A DNA stretch of 64,000 bases from an uncultured Candidatus Rokubacteria bacterium (GCA_963826115.1 CAWGVS010000005.1:416001-480000), one strand, 5' to 3'; numbered from the stretch's first letter, positions 9,761 to 19,700 are shown. The notes: generated by a model from the letters alone, not told the origin. Translations and numbers: made by a program.

Positions 9761-11149
9761 ATGGCCACGACCCGCCTCACGCTGAGCGACGAGGAGATCG
9801 AGCGGCTCACCGCGCTCGACCGCGCCCACTTCTTCCACGCGGCGACGCCACTCCAGCAGCACGCGAAGGACGGGCCGCGGATCTTCGTCGGCGGGGAGGG
9901 CATCTACCTCTACGACGCCAAGGGGCGCGCGTTCATCGACGGGCTCGCGTCGCTGTGGAACGTGAATTGCGGCCACGGGCGCCAGGACATCGTGGATGCC
10001 ATCACGGGTCAGATGCGCCAGCTCGCCTTCAGCACGTCGTTCTTCGGCTTCGCGCACCCGGCGGGGATCGAGCTGGCCGCGCGGCTCGCCGGCGTCACGC
10101 CGCCCGGCCTCGACCGCTTCTTCTTCGTCGACAGCGGCTCCGCCGCCAACGAGACGGCCATCAAGCTCGCCCGGTCGTACCACAAGGCGCGCGGCAATTC
10201 GCGGAAGGTCAAGGTGATCTCGCGGGCCCGCGCCTACCACGGTGCGACCTACGGCACGCTCTCGGCGACGCGCCTCCGCCAGTACCACGAGCACATCACC
10301 CCGCTCATGGAGGGGTTCCTTGAGGCGCCGGCGCCCTACCGCTACCGATGCGAGATGTGCGGGACCGCGCCGGCCTGCACCGAGGCGTGCGTGGACGCGA
10401 TCGACGCGCTCATCCGGCGCGAGGGGCCGGACACGGTGGCCATGGTCATCGGCGAGCCGGTCCAGGCCGCCGGCGGCATCGTCGTCCCGCCGCCCTCGTA
10501 CTGGCCGCGCCTCCGCGAGATCTGCCGGGCCCACGACGTCCTGCTCGTCGCCGACGAGGTGATCTGCGGCTTCGGGCGGACCGGCCGGTGGTTCGGGGTC
10601 GACAACTGGGCCGTGACGCCCGACATGCTCACGATCGGCAAGGGGCTGACCAGCGGCTACATGCCGCTCTCCGGCGTCGCGGTGAGCGACGCGATCTACG
10701 ACGTCCTGACCACCCGGCCCGAGGAGTTCACGTTCTGGCAGGGGTTCACGTACAACGCGCATCCCGGCTGCTGCGCGGCCGCCCTTCAGACCATCGAGAT
10801 CCTGGACAAGGAGAACCTCGTCGAGCACGCCCAGCGCATGGGGCGCCGCCTGCTCGACCGGCTGCGCCCGCTCGAGAGCTCGCCCATCGTGGGCGAGGTG
10901 CGCGGCCTCGGCCTCCTGACCGGCGTCGAGATCGTCGCCGACCAGAAGACGCGGGCCCCGTTCCCCGACGGCCGCGGGAGCGCCCTCGTCCGCCGGCACT
11001 GCCTCGAGAACGGCCTGATCGTCCGTGCCATCAGCGACACCATCGCGATGTCGCCGCCGCTGGTGATCTCCGAGTCGGAGGTCGACCACGTCGCGGATGT
11101 CGTCACGGAGGCGGTCCGGAAGGCCGAGGCCGAGCTCGGCCGGCGCTGA
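9761..11149 (+). CDS. class III (omega-amino acid) aminotransferase
   Basis: SGSAANE, YHGATY, GEPVQAAGG, DEVICGFGRTG and PDMLTIGKG; AGGAGG RBS. Confidence 0.93.
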   Translation: MATTRLTLSDEEIERLTALDRAHFFHAATPLQQHAKDGPRIFVGGEGIYLYDAKGRAFIDGLASLWNVNCGHGRQDIVDAITGQMRQLAFSTSFFGFAHPAGIELAARLAGVTPPGLDRFFFVDSGSAANETAIKLARSYHKARGNSRKVKVISRARAYHGATYGTLSATRLRQYHEHITPLMEGFLEAPAPYRYRCEMCGTAPACTEACVDAIDALIRREGPDTVAMVIGEPVQAAGGIVVPPPSYWPRLREICRAHDVLLVADEVICGFGRTGRWFGVDNWAVTPDMLTIGKGLTSGYMPLSGVAVSDAIYDVLTTRPEEFTFWQGFTYNAHPGCCAAALQTIEILDKENLVEHAQRMGRRLLDRLRPLESSPIVGEVRGLGLLTGVEIVADQKTRAPFPDGRGSALVRRHCLENGLIVRAISDTIAMSPPLVISESEVDHVADVVTEAVRKAEAELGRR

Positions 11150-11173
11150 TCCCCGCCTGCCGCGCGGCGGCGC

Positions 11174-12079
11174 TCAGAAGATCGCGATCGGGTGGGCGGG
11201 CGCGCCCGTCGCGCCGCGGAGCCGGAGCGGCGTCGCCGTGAAGAGGAACTCGTAGCGCCCCTCCTCGCGACAGGCCCGGGCGAGCGCCTCGGGGTCGACG
11301 TTGTCGACCAGCGCGAGGCCCAGGAACGGGATCGCCAGGTGGGTGCCCATCGCGAAGCCCGGATACCCGCTCGGCCGCTCGTCCATCATGTCCCACGCCA
11401 CGGCGGCGATGTCTTGCTGGCGGAACCACTCGAGACACGAGACGTGGAGCCCGGGGTGGGGCGACACTCGCGGCACCCAGTCGGGGTGCGCCAGGCGGAA
11501 GGCCTCGTCGCCGCTCCGGATGACCACCGCGTCACCGGGCTGGATCCGGACCCCGGCGCGCGCCGCCGTCTCGTCCAGCTCCCGCGGGGTCACCGGGTGG
11601 CCCACCGTGACGAATCCTTCCTTGCGGGCGGCGGCGACGTCGAGCAGGACGCCGCGCGTCGTGATCCCCTCCGCGGCGATCGGATCGATCGAGCACCAGG
11701 TCGCGCCCTCGACGGTGAGGCTCGTCATGAACGGCCGGCCGTTGTAGAGCTCGCCGTCCCACCCGATGTGGCAGAGGGCGTCCACGTGGGTGATCCAGTA
11801 GCCGTGGTAGACCATGTCGAAGCGATCGAGGACGACGTCGACGCGCTCCCGCTTGGCCGGGAAGGTGACGTGGTACATGTACACCGGCCGCGGCACCACG
11901 TCGCGCGCCAGTGAGATCGCGCGCCCCGTTCGCGCGAGCCGCAGCGCGTCGGCGCGCCGGGCGGGCGTGAGCAGGTTCAGCGTGCCCCGCTGGTCGTCGG
12001 ATCCCCAGCGGCCCCAGTTGTTCAGCTCCTTGAAGTAGCCCTCGACGCGGTCCTGGGTGACTCGGGGAGCATCGGGCAC
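11174..12079 (-). CDS. cyclase / kynurenine formamidase family protein
   Basis: NWGRWG.DDQRGTLN, HG...THVDALCH and GATGAPAHPIA motifs. Confidence 0.9.
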   Translation of the reverse strand: MPDAPRVTQDRVEGYFKELNNWGRWGSDDQRGTLNLLTPARRADALRLARTGRAISLARDVVPRPVYMYHVTFPAKRERVDVVLDRFDMVYHGYWITHVDALCHIGWDGELYNGRPFMTSLTVEGATWCSIDPIAAEGITTRGVLLDVAAARKEGFVTVGHPVTPRELDETAARAGVRIQPGDAVVIRSGDEAFRLAHPDWVPRVSPHPGLHVSCLEWFRQQDIAAVAWDMMDERPSGYPGFAMGTHLAIPFLGLALVDNVDPEALARACREEGRYEFLFTATPLRLRGATGAPAHPIAIF

Positions 12080-12213
12080 GGGCGCCTCCTTCGGTGGTCG
12101 GGCGGTCAGGTGACTTCACGGCAGATTCGGGCTATTACATTCTTAACGTCGCGGCGTCGTCAACCGGCGCACGTCCGGACACGCGGCGACGACGACCCAG
12201 ACGGAGGCGCGCG

Positions 12214-13233
12214 ATGCAGCCCTTCCTCGACTCGACGGCCTTGGTCGGCAACCCCGCCGCGCTCAACGAGCGGTTGGACTCCGAAGGATATCTTTTCATC
12301 AGGGGACTCCTGCCGCGCGCGGCGGTGCTGGACGTCCGCCGTCAGATCCGCGAGGTCGCGGCGGCCGGCGGGTGGATCGATCGGTCCCACCCGCTGGACG
12401 AGGGCGTCGCCAATCCGGGGGCGGCCTGCACCGATCCGGAACCCCGGTACGTCGAGGTGTTCCGGCGACTCTACGTGCTGGAGGCGCTCCACACGCTGAA
12501 GCACCATCCGGCGATCGCGGGCTTCTTCGAGCGGCTTTTCGGCGAGCCGGTGCTCGTCCATCCGCTCTTCGTCATGCGGAACATCTTTCCCCAGCGCCCC
12601 GAGTCGACGACGCCGGCGCACCAGGACTACGTGCACATCCAGGGCACGCCGCGGACGTACACGACGTGGATTCCGCTGAGCGACACCCCGATCGAGCAGG
12701 GGAGTCTCTCGGTGGCGGCCGGCTCGCACCGGGACGGCGTGCGGGACTTCCGCGTGACCAACGGCTCCGGCGGAATGGAGGTCGTCGACACGCTGGCGGG
12801 CCGGTGGCGCGCGAACTCGTTCGCGGCGGGCGACGTGCTGATGTTCCACAGCATGACGGTGCACAAGGGGCTGCCGAACCTGACGAACCGGCTCCGGCAG
12901 TCGATGGACGCGCGCTACCAGCGCCTGAGCGAGCCGGTCTCCGACCTGAGCCTCCGGCCCTACGCGAACCTCTACACCTGGGACCAGGTCTACGCGGGCT
13001 GGCAGTCCACGGAGTTCCAGCACTACTGGCAGCGGCTCCCGATCAAGATCGGGGAGTTCGACACGCAGTACTACGAGCGGCGCGACGTCATCGCCTTCGA
13101 GATGGCCGAGCGGGGCGACACCGCCGCCCGCGCGTCCCTCCTGCGCATCGTCCAGCGCGACAAGAGCGCGGCCAAGCGGGAGCGAGCCGCCGCGCTCCTG
13201 GCCGCGCTCGACACCGGAGAGCGGACCGCCTAG
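12214..13233 (+). CDS. phytanoyl-CoA dioxygenase (PhyH) family Fe(II)/2OG oxygenase
   Basis: PAHQD, TTWIPL, GSH and GDVLMFHSMTVH...R.S.D.RYQ. Confidence 0.88.
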   Translation: MQPFLDSTALVGNPAALNERLDSEGYLFIRGLLPRAAVLDVRRQIREVAAAGGWIDRSHPLDEGVANPGAACTDPEPRYVEVFRRLYVLEALHTLKHHPAIAGFFERLFGEPVLVHPLFVMRNIFPQRPESTTPAHQDYVHIQGTPRTYTTWIPLSDTPIEQGSLSVAAGSHRDGVRDFRVTNGSGGMEVVDTLAGRWRANSFAAGDVLMFHSMTVHKGLPNLTNRLRQSMDARYQRLSEPVSDLSLRPYANLYTWDQVYAGWQSTEFQHYWQRLPIKIGEFDTQYYERRDVIAFEMAERGDTAARASLLRIVQRDKSAAKRERAAALLAALDTGERTA

Positions 13234-14384
13234 CTCGTCCCGCGGAACGGGTGGAGGAAGGCGCGGAGCTCCTCGGCCAGGAGGCGCGGCTCCTCGGCCG
13301 CGAAGAAGTGGCCGCCGCGCGGGAACTCCGTCCAGCGCCGGATGTCCGCGTAGCTCCGGTCGGCCCGCTCGCGCGGCACCCGCTGGACCGCCTCGGTCGA
13401 CAGCGCCACCCCGGTCGGCACCGTGATGCGCGACGTGATGCGCCGGGGCTCGCGCGCGCGCTCGTAGTAGGAGCGGTTCGCGGCGTTGGCGGTCTCCGTC
13501 ACCCAGTACAGGGTGACGTTGGTGAGGAGGAGATCACGCGAGAAGTGGCGCTCCACGTCGCCGGTCGGGTCGGTCCAGGCGCGCCACTTCTCGAGGATCC
13601 ACGCGGCCAGCCCGGCGGGCGAGTCGTGGAGCCCGTAAGCCAGGGTCTGCGGCCGCGTCTCCTGGATGAGGTTGTAGCCGCCCTCCTCGCGCTCCCAGCG
13701 CGCCTGCACCTCGGCGTGGACGCGCTCGGCGCCGCTCGGCGGCCGCGCGTCGTGGCCGATCACGGGGCCCGGGAACCCCGGCATCATGGTGTGGAACGCG
13801 ATCAGGCGATCCGGAAAATCGTAAGCCAGCCAGCCCGTGATCACGGCGCCGATGTCGTTCCCGTGGGCGGCGAAGCGCGGGTAGCCGAGGCCCTCCATCA
13901 GGCGCGCCCAGAGGGCGGCCACCCGGCTCCGCGTCATGCCGCGCGCGGTGGGCCGGTCGGAGAACCCGAAGCCGGGCACCGACGGCACCACCACGTCGAA
14001 GGCGTCCGCCGGATCGCCGCCGTGTGCCCCGGGGTCGGCGAGGAGCGGGATCAGCGAGAGCATCTCGACGAACGAGCTCGGCCAGCCGTGGGTGACGAGG
14101 AGCGGTAGCGGAGCCGGCCCGCGGCCGCGGGCGTGGATGAAGTGGATCCCCAGGCCGTCGACGTCGGCACGGAAGTGGGGGAGCCCGTTCATCAGGCGCT
14201 CCTGCCGCCGCCAGTCGAACCCCAGCCGCCAGTACTCGACGACGTCCTCGAGGTAGGCGAGGCTGGTCCCGTAGTCCCAGCCGGCCCCCTCCACCTCGTC
14301 CGGCCAGCGAGTGCGGCCGAGCCGCGCGCGAAGGTCGTCGAGCGCCGCCTGTGGGACGTCGACGACGAAGGGGCGGACGTCCAT
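13230..14384 (-). CDS. epoxide hydrolase (microsomal type)
   Basis: EHN-like N-terminus, THGWPSSF, HGNDIG, DSPAGLAAWILEK and GGHF. Confidence 0.93.
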   Translation of the reverse strand: MDVRPFVVDVPQAALDDLRARLGRTRWPDEVEGAGWDYGTSLAYLEDVVEYWRLGFDWRRQERLMNGLPHFRADVDGLGIHFIHARGRGPAPLPLLVTHGWPSSFVEMLSLIPLLADPGAHGGDPADAFDVVVPSVPGFGFSDRPTARGMTRSRVAALWARLMEGLGYPRFAAHGNDIGAVITGWLAYDFPDRLIAFHTMMPGFPGPVIGHDARPPSGAERVHAEVQARWEREEGGYNLIQETRPQTLAYGLHDSPAGLAAWILEKWRAWTDPTGDVERHFSRDLLLTNVTLYWVTETANAANRSYYERAREPRRITSRITVPTGVALSTEAVQRVPRERADRSYADIRRWTEFPRGGHFFAAEEPRLLAEELRAFLHPFRGTS

Positions 14385-14392
14385 CCCGGCGG

Positions 14393-15385
14393 TCAGCGCC
14401 GCTGAGCCGGACGCGGCCAGACGTCAGGGTTGGCGAGGTCCTTCGGCCGCTCGCCGCGCAGGACGCGCAGGATCTCGGCGGTGACCTGGAGGGACGCCTC
14501 GCGGTTGGCCTCCAGCGTGACCCCGGCGACGTGGCCGGAGCAGACGACGTTGTCCAGGTTGAAGAGCGGGTTGTCGAGCGGGCTCGGCTCCTTCTCGAAG
14601 ACGTCGAGACCCGCCGCGGACAGCCGCTTCTGGACGAGCGCCTCGAAGACCGCCCGCTCGCTGTGGACGGGGCCGCGCGACGTGTTGATGAGGATGGCGC
14701 CGGGCTTCATCCGCGCCAGCGCGCGCTCGTCGATCATGTGGTGGGTCTCCGGCGTGAGCGGCGTGTGGCAGGTGAGGACGTCGACCTGGGGCAGGAGCTC
14801 GTCGAGGCTCCCGACCGGCTCGGCCCCGCGGCGGCGGACCTCGTCGGCGGGGACGTACTTGTCGTAGCCGAGGACACGCATCCCGATCGCGCCGGCGAAC
14901 CGGGCGACTCGCCGGCCGACGTTGCCGATCCCCACGATGCCGAGCGTCTTGCCGGCGAGCTCGGTGTTGACCACCTGGTGGCGCGCGCTCCAGTCGCCCT
15001 TGCGCGTCATCCGGTCGATCTCGACGGTGCGCTTCACGCAGGCCAGCATCAGCATGAGCGCGTGCTCGGCGACGGCCTGGGAGTTCGAGCCCGGGGCGTG
15101 GACCACCGCCACCCCGTGCCGCGTGGCCGAGTCGAGGTCGACCGTGTCGAGCCCCACGCCGTGGCGGCCCACCACGCGCACGTGCGGGCAGGCGTCGAGG
15201 ATCACGTCGTCGCAGCGCGGGCCCGCGCGGAACAGGATGCCCTCCGCCTCCCGGGCGAGCTCGATCACGGTCTTCACCTCCTGGTCCGGGGTGATGACCA
15301 CGCGGACCTCGGACTCGAGCTGCTGCACGCCGGCGGGATTGATCTTGCCGGCGATCACGACCAGAGGGCGGGCGGAGGCGGTCAT
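14393..15385 (-). CDS. D-isomer-specific 2-hydroxyacid dehydrogenase
   Basis: GRHGVGLD, GIVGIGNVG, INTSRG, LDVFEKEP and HVAG. Confidence 0.92.
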   Translation of the reverse strand: MTASARPLVVIAGKINPAGVQQLESEVRVVITPDQEVKTVIELAREAEGILFRAGPRCDDVILDACPHVRVVGRHGVGLDTVDLDSATRHGVAVVHAPGSNSQAVAEHALMLMLACVKRTVEIDRMTRKGDWSARHQVVNTELAGKTLGIVGIGNVGRRVARFAGAIGMRVLGYDKYVPADEVRRRGAEPVGSLDELLPQVDVLTCHTPLTPETHHMIDERALARMKPGAILINTSRGPVHSERAVFEALVQKRLSAAGLDVFEKEPSPLDNPLFNLDNVVCSGHVAGVTLEANREASLQVTAEILRVLRGERPKDLANPDVWPRPAQRR

Positions 15386-15524
15386 TCGAGCGGTCTCCTT
15401 TCGAGGCGCGTCATTGCACCACGGTGTCGCGGGCGACCGGCCTAGTGTACCCGCGCCCGGAGCCCCGTGTTACGCTTCGATCCGCGCATCGTTTCCGGTC
15501 CCGGACGACGCCGGCGCACCCTGG

Positions 15525-16574
15525 ATGACCTCACGCGACGACTCCGCCAGCGGCCCGATGCCCTACGACGCCCTTCTCCTCGTGTCCTTCGGCGGGCCGG
15601 AGGGGATGGCGGACGTCGAGCCGTTTCTCGACCACGTCCTCCGCGGTCGCAACGTGCCGCCGGAGCGCCGGCGCGCGGTCGCCCATCACTACGAGCGCTT
15701 CGGGGGCGTCAGCCCGATCAACGCTCAGAACCGCGCGCTCCTCGCCGCGATCCGGGACGAGCTTCGCGGGCGTGGGCCGCGCCTCCCGCTCTACTGGGGG
15801 AACCGCAACTGGCATCCGTTCCTCGCCGACGCGCTCCGGGCGATGGCGGGGGACGGCGTCCGCCGCGCGCTCGCCTTCGTGACCTCGGCGTTCGGCTCCT
15901 ACTCGGGATGCCGGCAGTACCTGGAGGACATCGCGCGGGCGCGGGTAGAGGTGGGGCCGGGCGCGCCGGTCGTCGACAAGCTTCGCGTCTTCCACGACCA
16001 CCCAGGGTTCGTCGAGGCCAACGCCGACCGCGTGCGCGACGCACTCGCGACGATCCCGCCGTCTCGCCGCCCCGCGGCCCGCATCGCGTTCACCGCGCAC
16101 AGCGTCCCGTCGGCGATGGCGGCGGGGTCCGACTACGTCGCCCAGCTCCGCGAGACCTGCGCGCTGGTGTCCACGGCGGTCGGGCACGAGGCGTGGGCGC
16201 TGGTCTACCAGAGCCGGAGCGGCGCGCCGACCCAGCCGTGGCTCGAGCCCGACATCCTCGGCCACCTGGACACCGTCCGGGCCGAGGGCGTGCGGGACGT
16301 CGTCGTGGCGCCGGTCGGGTTCGTATCCGACCACATGGAGGTCGTCTACGACCTGGACGTCGAGGCCCGGGAGCGCGCGGCGGCGCTCGGCCTCGGCTTC
16401 GCGCGGGCCCGCACCGCGGGCACTCACCCCGCGTTCGTGCGGATGATCCGGGAGCTCGTGCTCGAGCGCGTGGCAGGCGGGGAGCGCCGCGCCCTCGGAG
16501 CGCGCGGGCCGCGCCCCGACGCGTGCGCGCCGGATTGCTGCGCGTCCGGCGCCGCCCGCCCGGCGCCGCGCTAG
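15525..16574 (+). CDS. hemH: ferrochelatase
   Basis: LLVSFGGPE, GGVSP, FTAHSVP, YQSRSG...WLEPD and FVSDHMEVVYDLD; alternative start at 15558. Confidence 0.92.
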   Translation: MTSRDDSASGPMPYDALLLVSFGGPEGMADVEPFLDHVLRGRNVPPERRRAVAHHYERFGGVSPINAQNRALLAAIRDELRGRGPRLPLYWGNRNWHPFLADALRAMAGDGVRRALAFVTSAFGSYSGCRQYLEDIARARVEVGPGAPVVDKLRVFHDHPGFVEANADRVRDALATIPPSRRPAARIAFTAHSVPSAMAAGSDYVAQLRETCALVSTAVGHEAWALVYQSRSGAPTQPWLEPDILGHLDTVRAEGVRDVVVAPVGFVSDHMEVVYDLDVEARERAAALGLGFARARTAGTHPAFVRMIRELVLERVAGGERRALGARGPRPDACAPDCCASGAARPAPR

Positions 16575-16590
16575 GCGAACGGTCGCGGCG

Positions 16591-16980
16591 CTAGCCGCCC
16601 ACCCGCGACGCGAGGAGCAGCGCCACCAGCCAGGCCGGCACGAGCGAGGCGGCACCGAGGAGCCACCAGACGAGCGGGCGCGCCGGCGCGTCCTGCTTCT
16701 CCTCGCGCGCGATCAGCCAGTCGGTCACGAGCACCCCGACGATCGCGGCGGCCGACGCGCCCATGAAGGCCCTGCGCGGCGGCCCGTCGGCGCCGCCCGC
16801 GGCGTTCAGGAGCGACACGAACGGCACGAGCCACGCGAGCAGGAGCGCGGGCAAGCCCGCGACCCAGAATCCGCGCGGCGTCACGGCCGGGGTCCGGCCC
16901 CGGAGGCGCCCCGCGCCCCATCGGCTGACGCCGAGGCCCACCGCGGCCAGCCCGAGCGACCAGAGGAGCAGCGTTCCCAT
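16591..16980 (-). CDS. small 4-TM membrane protein
   Basis: Four hydrophobic helices; last gene of a minus-strand run. Confidence 0.65.
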   Translation of the reverse strand: MGTLLLWSLGLAAVGLGVSRWGAGRLRGRTPAVTPRGFWVAGLPALLLAWLVPFVSLLNAAGGADGPPRRAFMGASAAAIVGVLVTDWLIAREEKQDAPARPLVWWLLGAASLVPAWLVALLLASRVGG

Positions 16981-16997
16981 CGCGGCCGTCTCGCGGC

Positions 16998-17795
16998 TCA
17001 GCCGACCGGGAGCGGCGCCGGCGCGCGTGGGAGCTCGTCCCACTGGGCCGGGTCGTGCCCGTAGAGCAGCCGGGCGCCGTGGCGGTCCCGGAGCGCGCGC
17101 AGCTCTCCGAGCGAGCGGGCCATCTCCACCTCGTTCCAGACCACGCCGGGGAGGAGATCCCGATCCATGTTCTCGCGCGTGTAGCAGGCGTCGGCGACCA
17201 GCACGAGGTCGGGCCCGCGTCCCGCCCGGATCCGGAGCGACTGGTGACCCGGCGTGTGGCCGTAGGTCGGGATCAGCACGACCGTGCCGTCGCCGAAGAC
17301 GTCGTGCTCGCCGTCGACGGGCCGATAGTCGAAGGGATGATCGAAGTCCTCGGAGCTCGGCGTGTAGCGCTTCGTGGCCAGGACCGCAGGGTCCCGGGCG
17401 GCCTCGAGCTCCCGCCGCTGGACGAGGAACGTCGCGCGCGGGAAGAACTCGTTGCCGCCGCAGTGGTCGAAGTGCAAGTGCGAGTTGGCCACGTGGCCGA
17501 CGTCGTCGGGCCCGATCCCCAGGAGAGCCAGCTGGCTCACCACGTCGTCACCGGGCCGGGAGCGAATGCTCATGAGCTTGGCGCGCCGCTCGCCCAGCCG
17601 GCCGATCGGGTCAGTGATCGAGGCCGCATGGACGCCGGTGTCGAACAGGAGGCGCCCCCGCGGATGGGTCACGAGGAAAGCGGGGATCGGCACGGTCCAG
17701 CGGGCATCCGGGTCCCGGCCGGGCAGCATGAGGGCGAGGCCGAGCTCGAGATAGCCGCCGCACAGCACGTGGACGCGGAGCCCGTTGGCCGTCAC
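16998..17795 (-). CDS. N-acyl homoserine lactonase-family metallo-beta-lactamase
   Basis: LFDTG, SHLHFDHCG, HTPGHQ, ADACY and YGHD. Confidence 0.85.
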   Translation of the reverse strand: MTANGLRVHVLCGGYLELGLALMLPGRDPDARWTVPIPAFLVTHPRGRLLFDTGVHAASITDPIGRLGERRAKLMSIRSRPGDDVVSQLALLGIGPDDVGHVANSHLHFDHCGGNEFFPRATFLVQRRELEAARDPAVLATKRYTPSSEDFDHPFDYRPVDGEHDVFGDGTVVLIPTYGHTPGHQSLRIRAGRGPDLVLVADACYTRENMDRDLLPGVVWNEVEMARSLGELRALRDRHGARLLYGHDPAQWDELPRAPAPLPVG

Positions 17796-17823
17796 CGCCG
17801 CTCCCGGACTCGGGCGTTCCGGA

Positions 17824-18339
17824 TCAGGTGGCGTTCAGACCGAGCGACTGCTCGATGGCCACGACGTCGGTGGGGCGCGCGAAGGGCTCGGGCGCCGGCT
17901 CGCCCGCGTGCCGGGGCCGGCCGATCGCCTTGAAGAAGTGCTCGAGACCCGGCGGCGAGACGATCCACAGGAGGACCAGGTCCTCCTGGCCCTCGTTCAG
18001 GATCTCGTGGCGGACGTCGTAGCCGAGGAAGCACGCGGTGCCCGGCGCGAGCGGGTGGCTCACGCCGTCCACGACGACGCGGCCCCGCCCGCGGAAGCAG
18101 ATCTGGAGCTCGACCTGGTCGCCGTGGGAATGCTCGCGGATCCGGCCGCCCGGCGCGACGGTCTGGTAGCCCATGGACAGGCCGTCGAACCCGGTGAGGG
18201 CGGGGTAGAGCGCCGGATCCGCGTGACCGTTGGCGGGAACTGGCTGCCAGTACGACGGCCCGGTGCCGGGCTGGACGACGACCGCATGTCCCCGGACCGC
18301 GTCCCTACCGGTCGTTGGGCCGTTCGTCGCGTCGCTCAT
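17824..18339 (-). CDS. cupin domain protein
   Basis: EHSH....E...GRG and RHEILN motifs. Confidence 0.85.
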   Translation of the reverse strand: MSDATNGPTTGRDAVRGHAVVVQPGTGPSYWQPVPANGHADPALYPALTGFDGLSMGYQTVAPGGRIREHSHGDQVELQICFRGRGRVVVDGVSHPLAPGTACFLGYDVRHEILNEGQEDLVLLWIVSPPGLEHFFKAIGRPRHAGEPAPEPFARPTDVVAIEQSLGLNAT

Positions 18340-19034
18340 CGGGACCTCCTTGCTCCGAGCCCCAGTCTACCCCGCTTCCTGGCTCGGGACGCACTCCCCG
18401 CGCCGGTCGGTCGCCGCTCCGAGCCGTGAGTCCACGGCCATCGCGTCGGGGGACCCGGCCGCGCGGCGCCGAGGCTCCGCCGCATCAGCGGGCGTGTGGC
18501 CGATCGCCGCGCCACCTCGACGAAGCCGCACGCCCGGAACGCCGAGGCGACGCCCGTCCACGCGAAGATCGGCGGCATCCGTCCGGTGGCCGGCTCGACG
18601 GGGCACGCCTCGACGAGCCGTGCGCCGCGCCGGCGCGCGTGGCGGACGGCGCCGTCGATCAGCGCGCGGGACACGCCGCGCCCGCGCCGGTCGGCCCGGA
18701 CGAAGAGGCACGCGATGGTCCAGGCGGGCTGGTCGTCGATCGGCCGGAACACGCGCGAGCGCTCGAGACGAGGGAAGGACCGGCGGGGCTCGATCGCGCA
18801 CCAGCCCACGGGCTCCGTTCCTTCGTAGGCGAGGACCCCGGGCACCGTGCCGCGCTTGACGAGCCCCCGGAATGCGCGGCGGTTGCCCTCTCCCTTCTGA
18901 GCCTCGTAGGTCGCGCGCGGGAGGCGCGGGTGCATGCACCAGCACCCGGCGCAGGCGCCGCGCGGGCCGAACAGCCGCTCGAGGTCGGCCCAGCGGGCGG
19001 GGGTGAGGGGGCGGATCGCGAGCCGCGGCGTCAC
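18336..19034 (-). CDS. GNAT family N-acetyltransferase
   Basis: CAGCWCM, VGWCAIEPR, CLFV...RGRGV and FRACGF; low-complexity C-terminal tail. Confidence 0.85.
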   Translation of the reverse strand: MTPRLAIRPLTPARWADLERLFGPRGACAGCWCMHPRLPRATYEAQKGEGNRRAFRGLVKRGTVPGVLAYEGTEPVGWCAIEPRRSFPRLERSRVFRPIDDQPAWTIACLFVRADRRGRGVSRALIDGAVRHARRRGARLVEACPVEPATGRMPPIFAWTGVASAFRACGFVEVARRSATRPLMRRSLGAARPGPPTRWPWTHGSERRPTGAGSASRARKRGRLGLGARRSR

Positions 19035-19143
19035 GGTCGCAAGGCTAGCGCGGCGGCGCGCCCACCCGCTTGCAAGTTCTTGCGCGAGGACCGGCTTCCC
19101 GGGGCGGTGTGGAGACACGCGCGGGGCCCGCCGCCCGCCCGGT

Positions 19144-19596
19144 CTACCGGAGGACGCGCTCGATCTCGTCGAGGTGCGTCTTGCGGTGGTGGGCCCGGAT
19201 GAGGAAGAGCGGCTCGCCCGCCGCCTTGTTCGCCGCGACCCGCTCGTCGGGCAGCGCGGACAGCTTCCGGTCGAGGGCCTCGGCGATCTCCACCGTCAGC
19301 CGGGCGGCGACGCGCGGGGGCAGCGCGAGGCAGAGGGGCTTGCCCGCGTCGTTGATCCAGTCGACGTCCGCCTGCTCGAGGGGGCGCGGCGTTTGGCCGT
19401 GCTCCCACCGGTCCAGCCAGAAGAGGATCCGCTGGTCCCAGAACGCGACGTGGGCGAGGGACGCGGCGACGGTCCAGCCGCCGGGCGTGGGGCGGACCAG
19501 GTCCGCGTCGGTGAGGCGCTCGACCAGAGCCCGCAGACGTCGGAGCTCCGCGGCGTTCTCGCTGATGTACGATCGGTCGACCGTTGACGGGGTCAT
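19144..19596 (-). CDS. DinB / maleylpyruvate isomerase N-terminal-like protein
   Basis: GWTVAASLAHVAFWD and C-terminal HHRKTHL. Confidence 0.8.
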   Translation of the reverse strand: MTPSTVDRSYISENAAELRRLRALVERLTDADLVRPTPGGWTVAASLAHVAFWDQRILFWLDRWEHGQTPRPLEQADVDWINDAGKPLCLALPPRVAARLTVEIAEALDRKLSALPDERVAANKAAGEPLFLIRAHHRKTHLDEIERVLR

Positions 19597-19700
19597 CGGA
19601 TCCTCTCCTTTGCGCGCCGGGCGTCCGCCCGGTCCCGACGCCGATTGTAGTACGGGCCGGTGGAGAGGCTCGTGTGGATGCCTGGTCGAGAGCCGGTACT

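Noticed and set aside
18336-18470. Extra C-terminal domain on the GNAT protein
   Set aside because: Low-complexity read-through to the cupin start with no domain features
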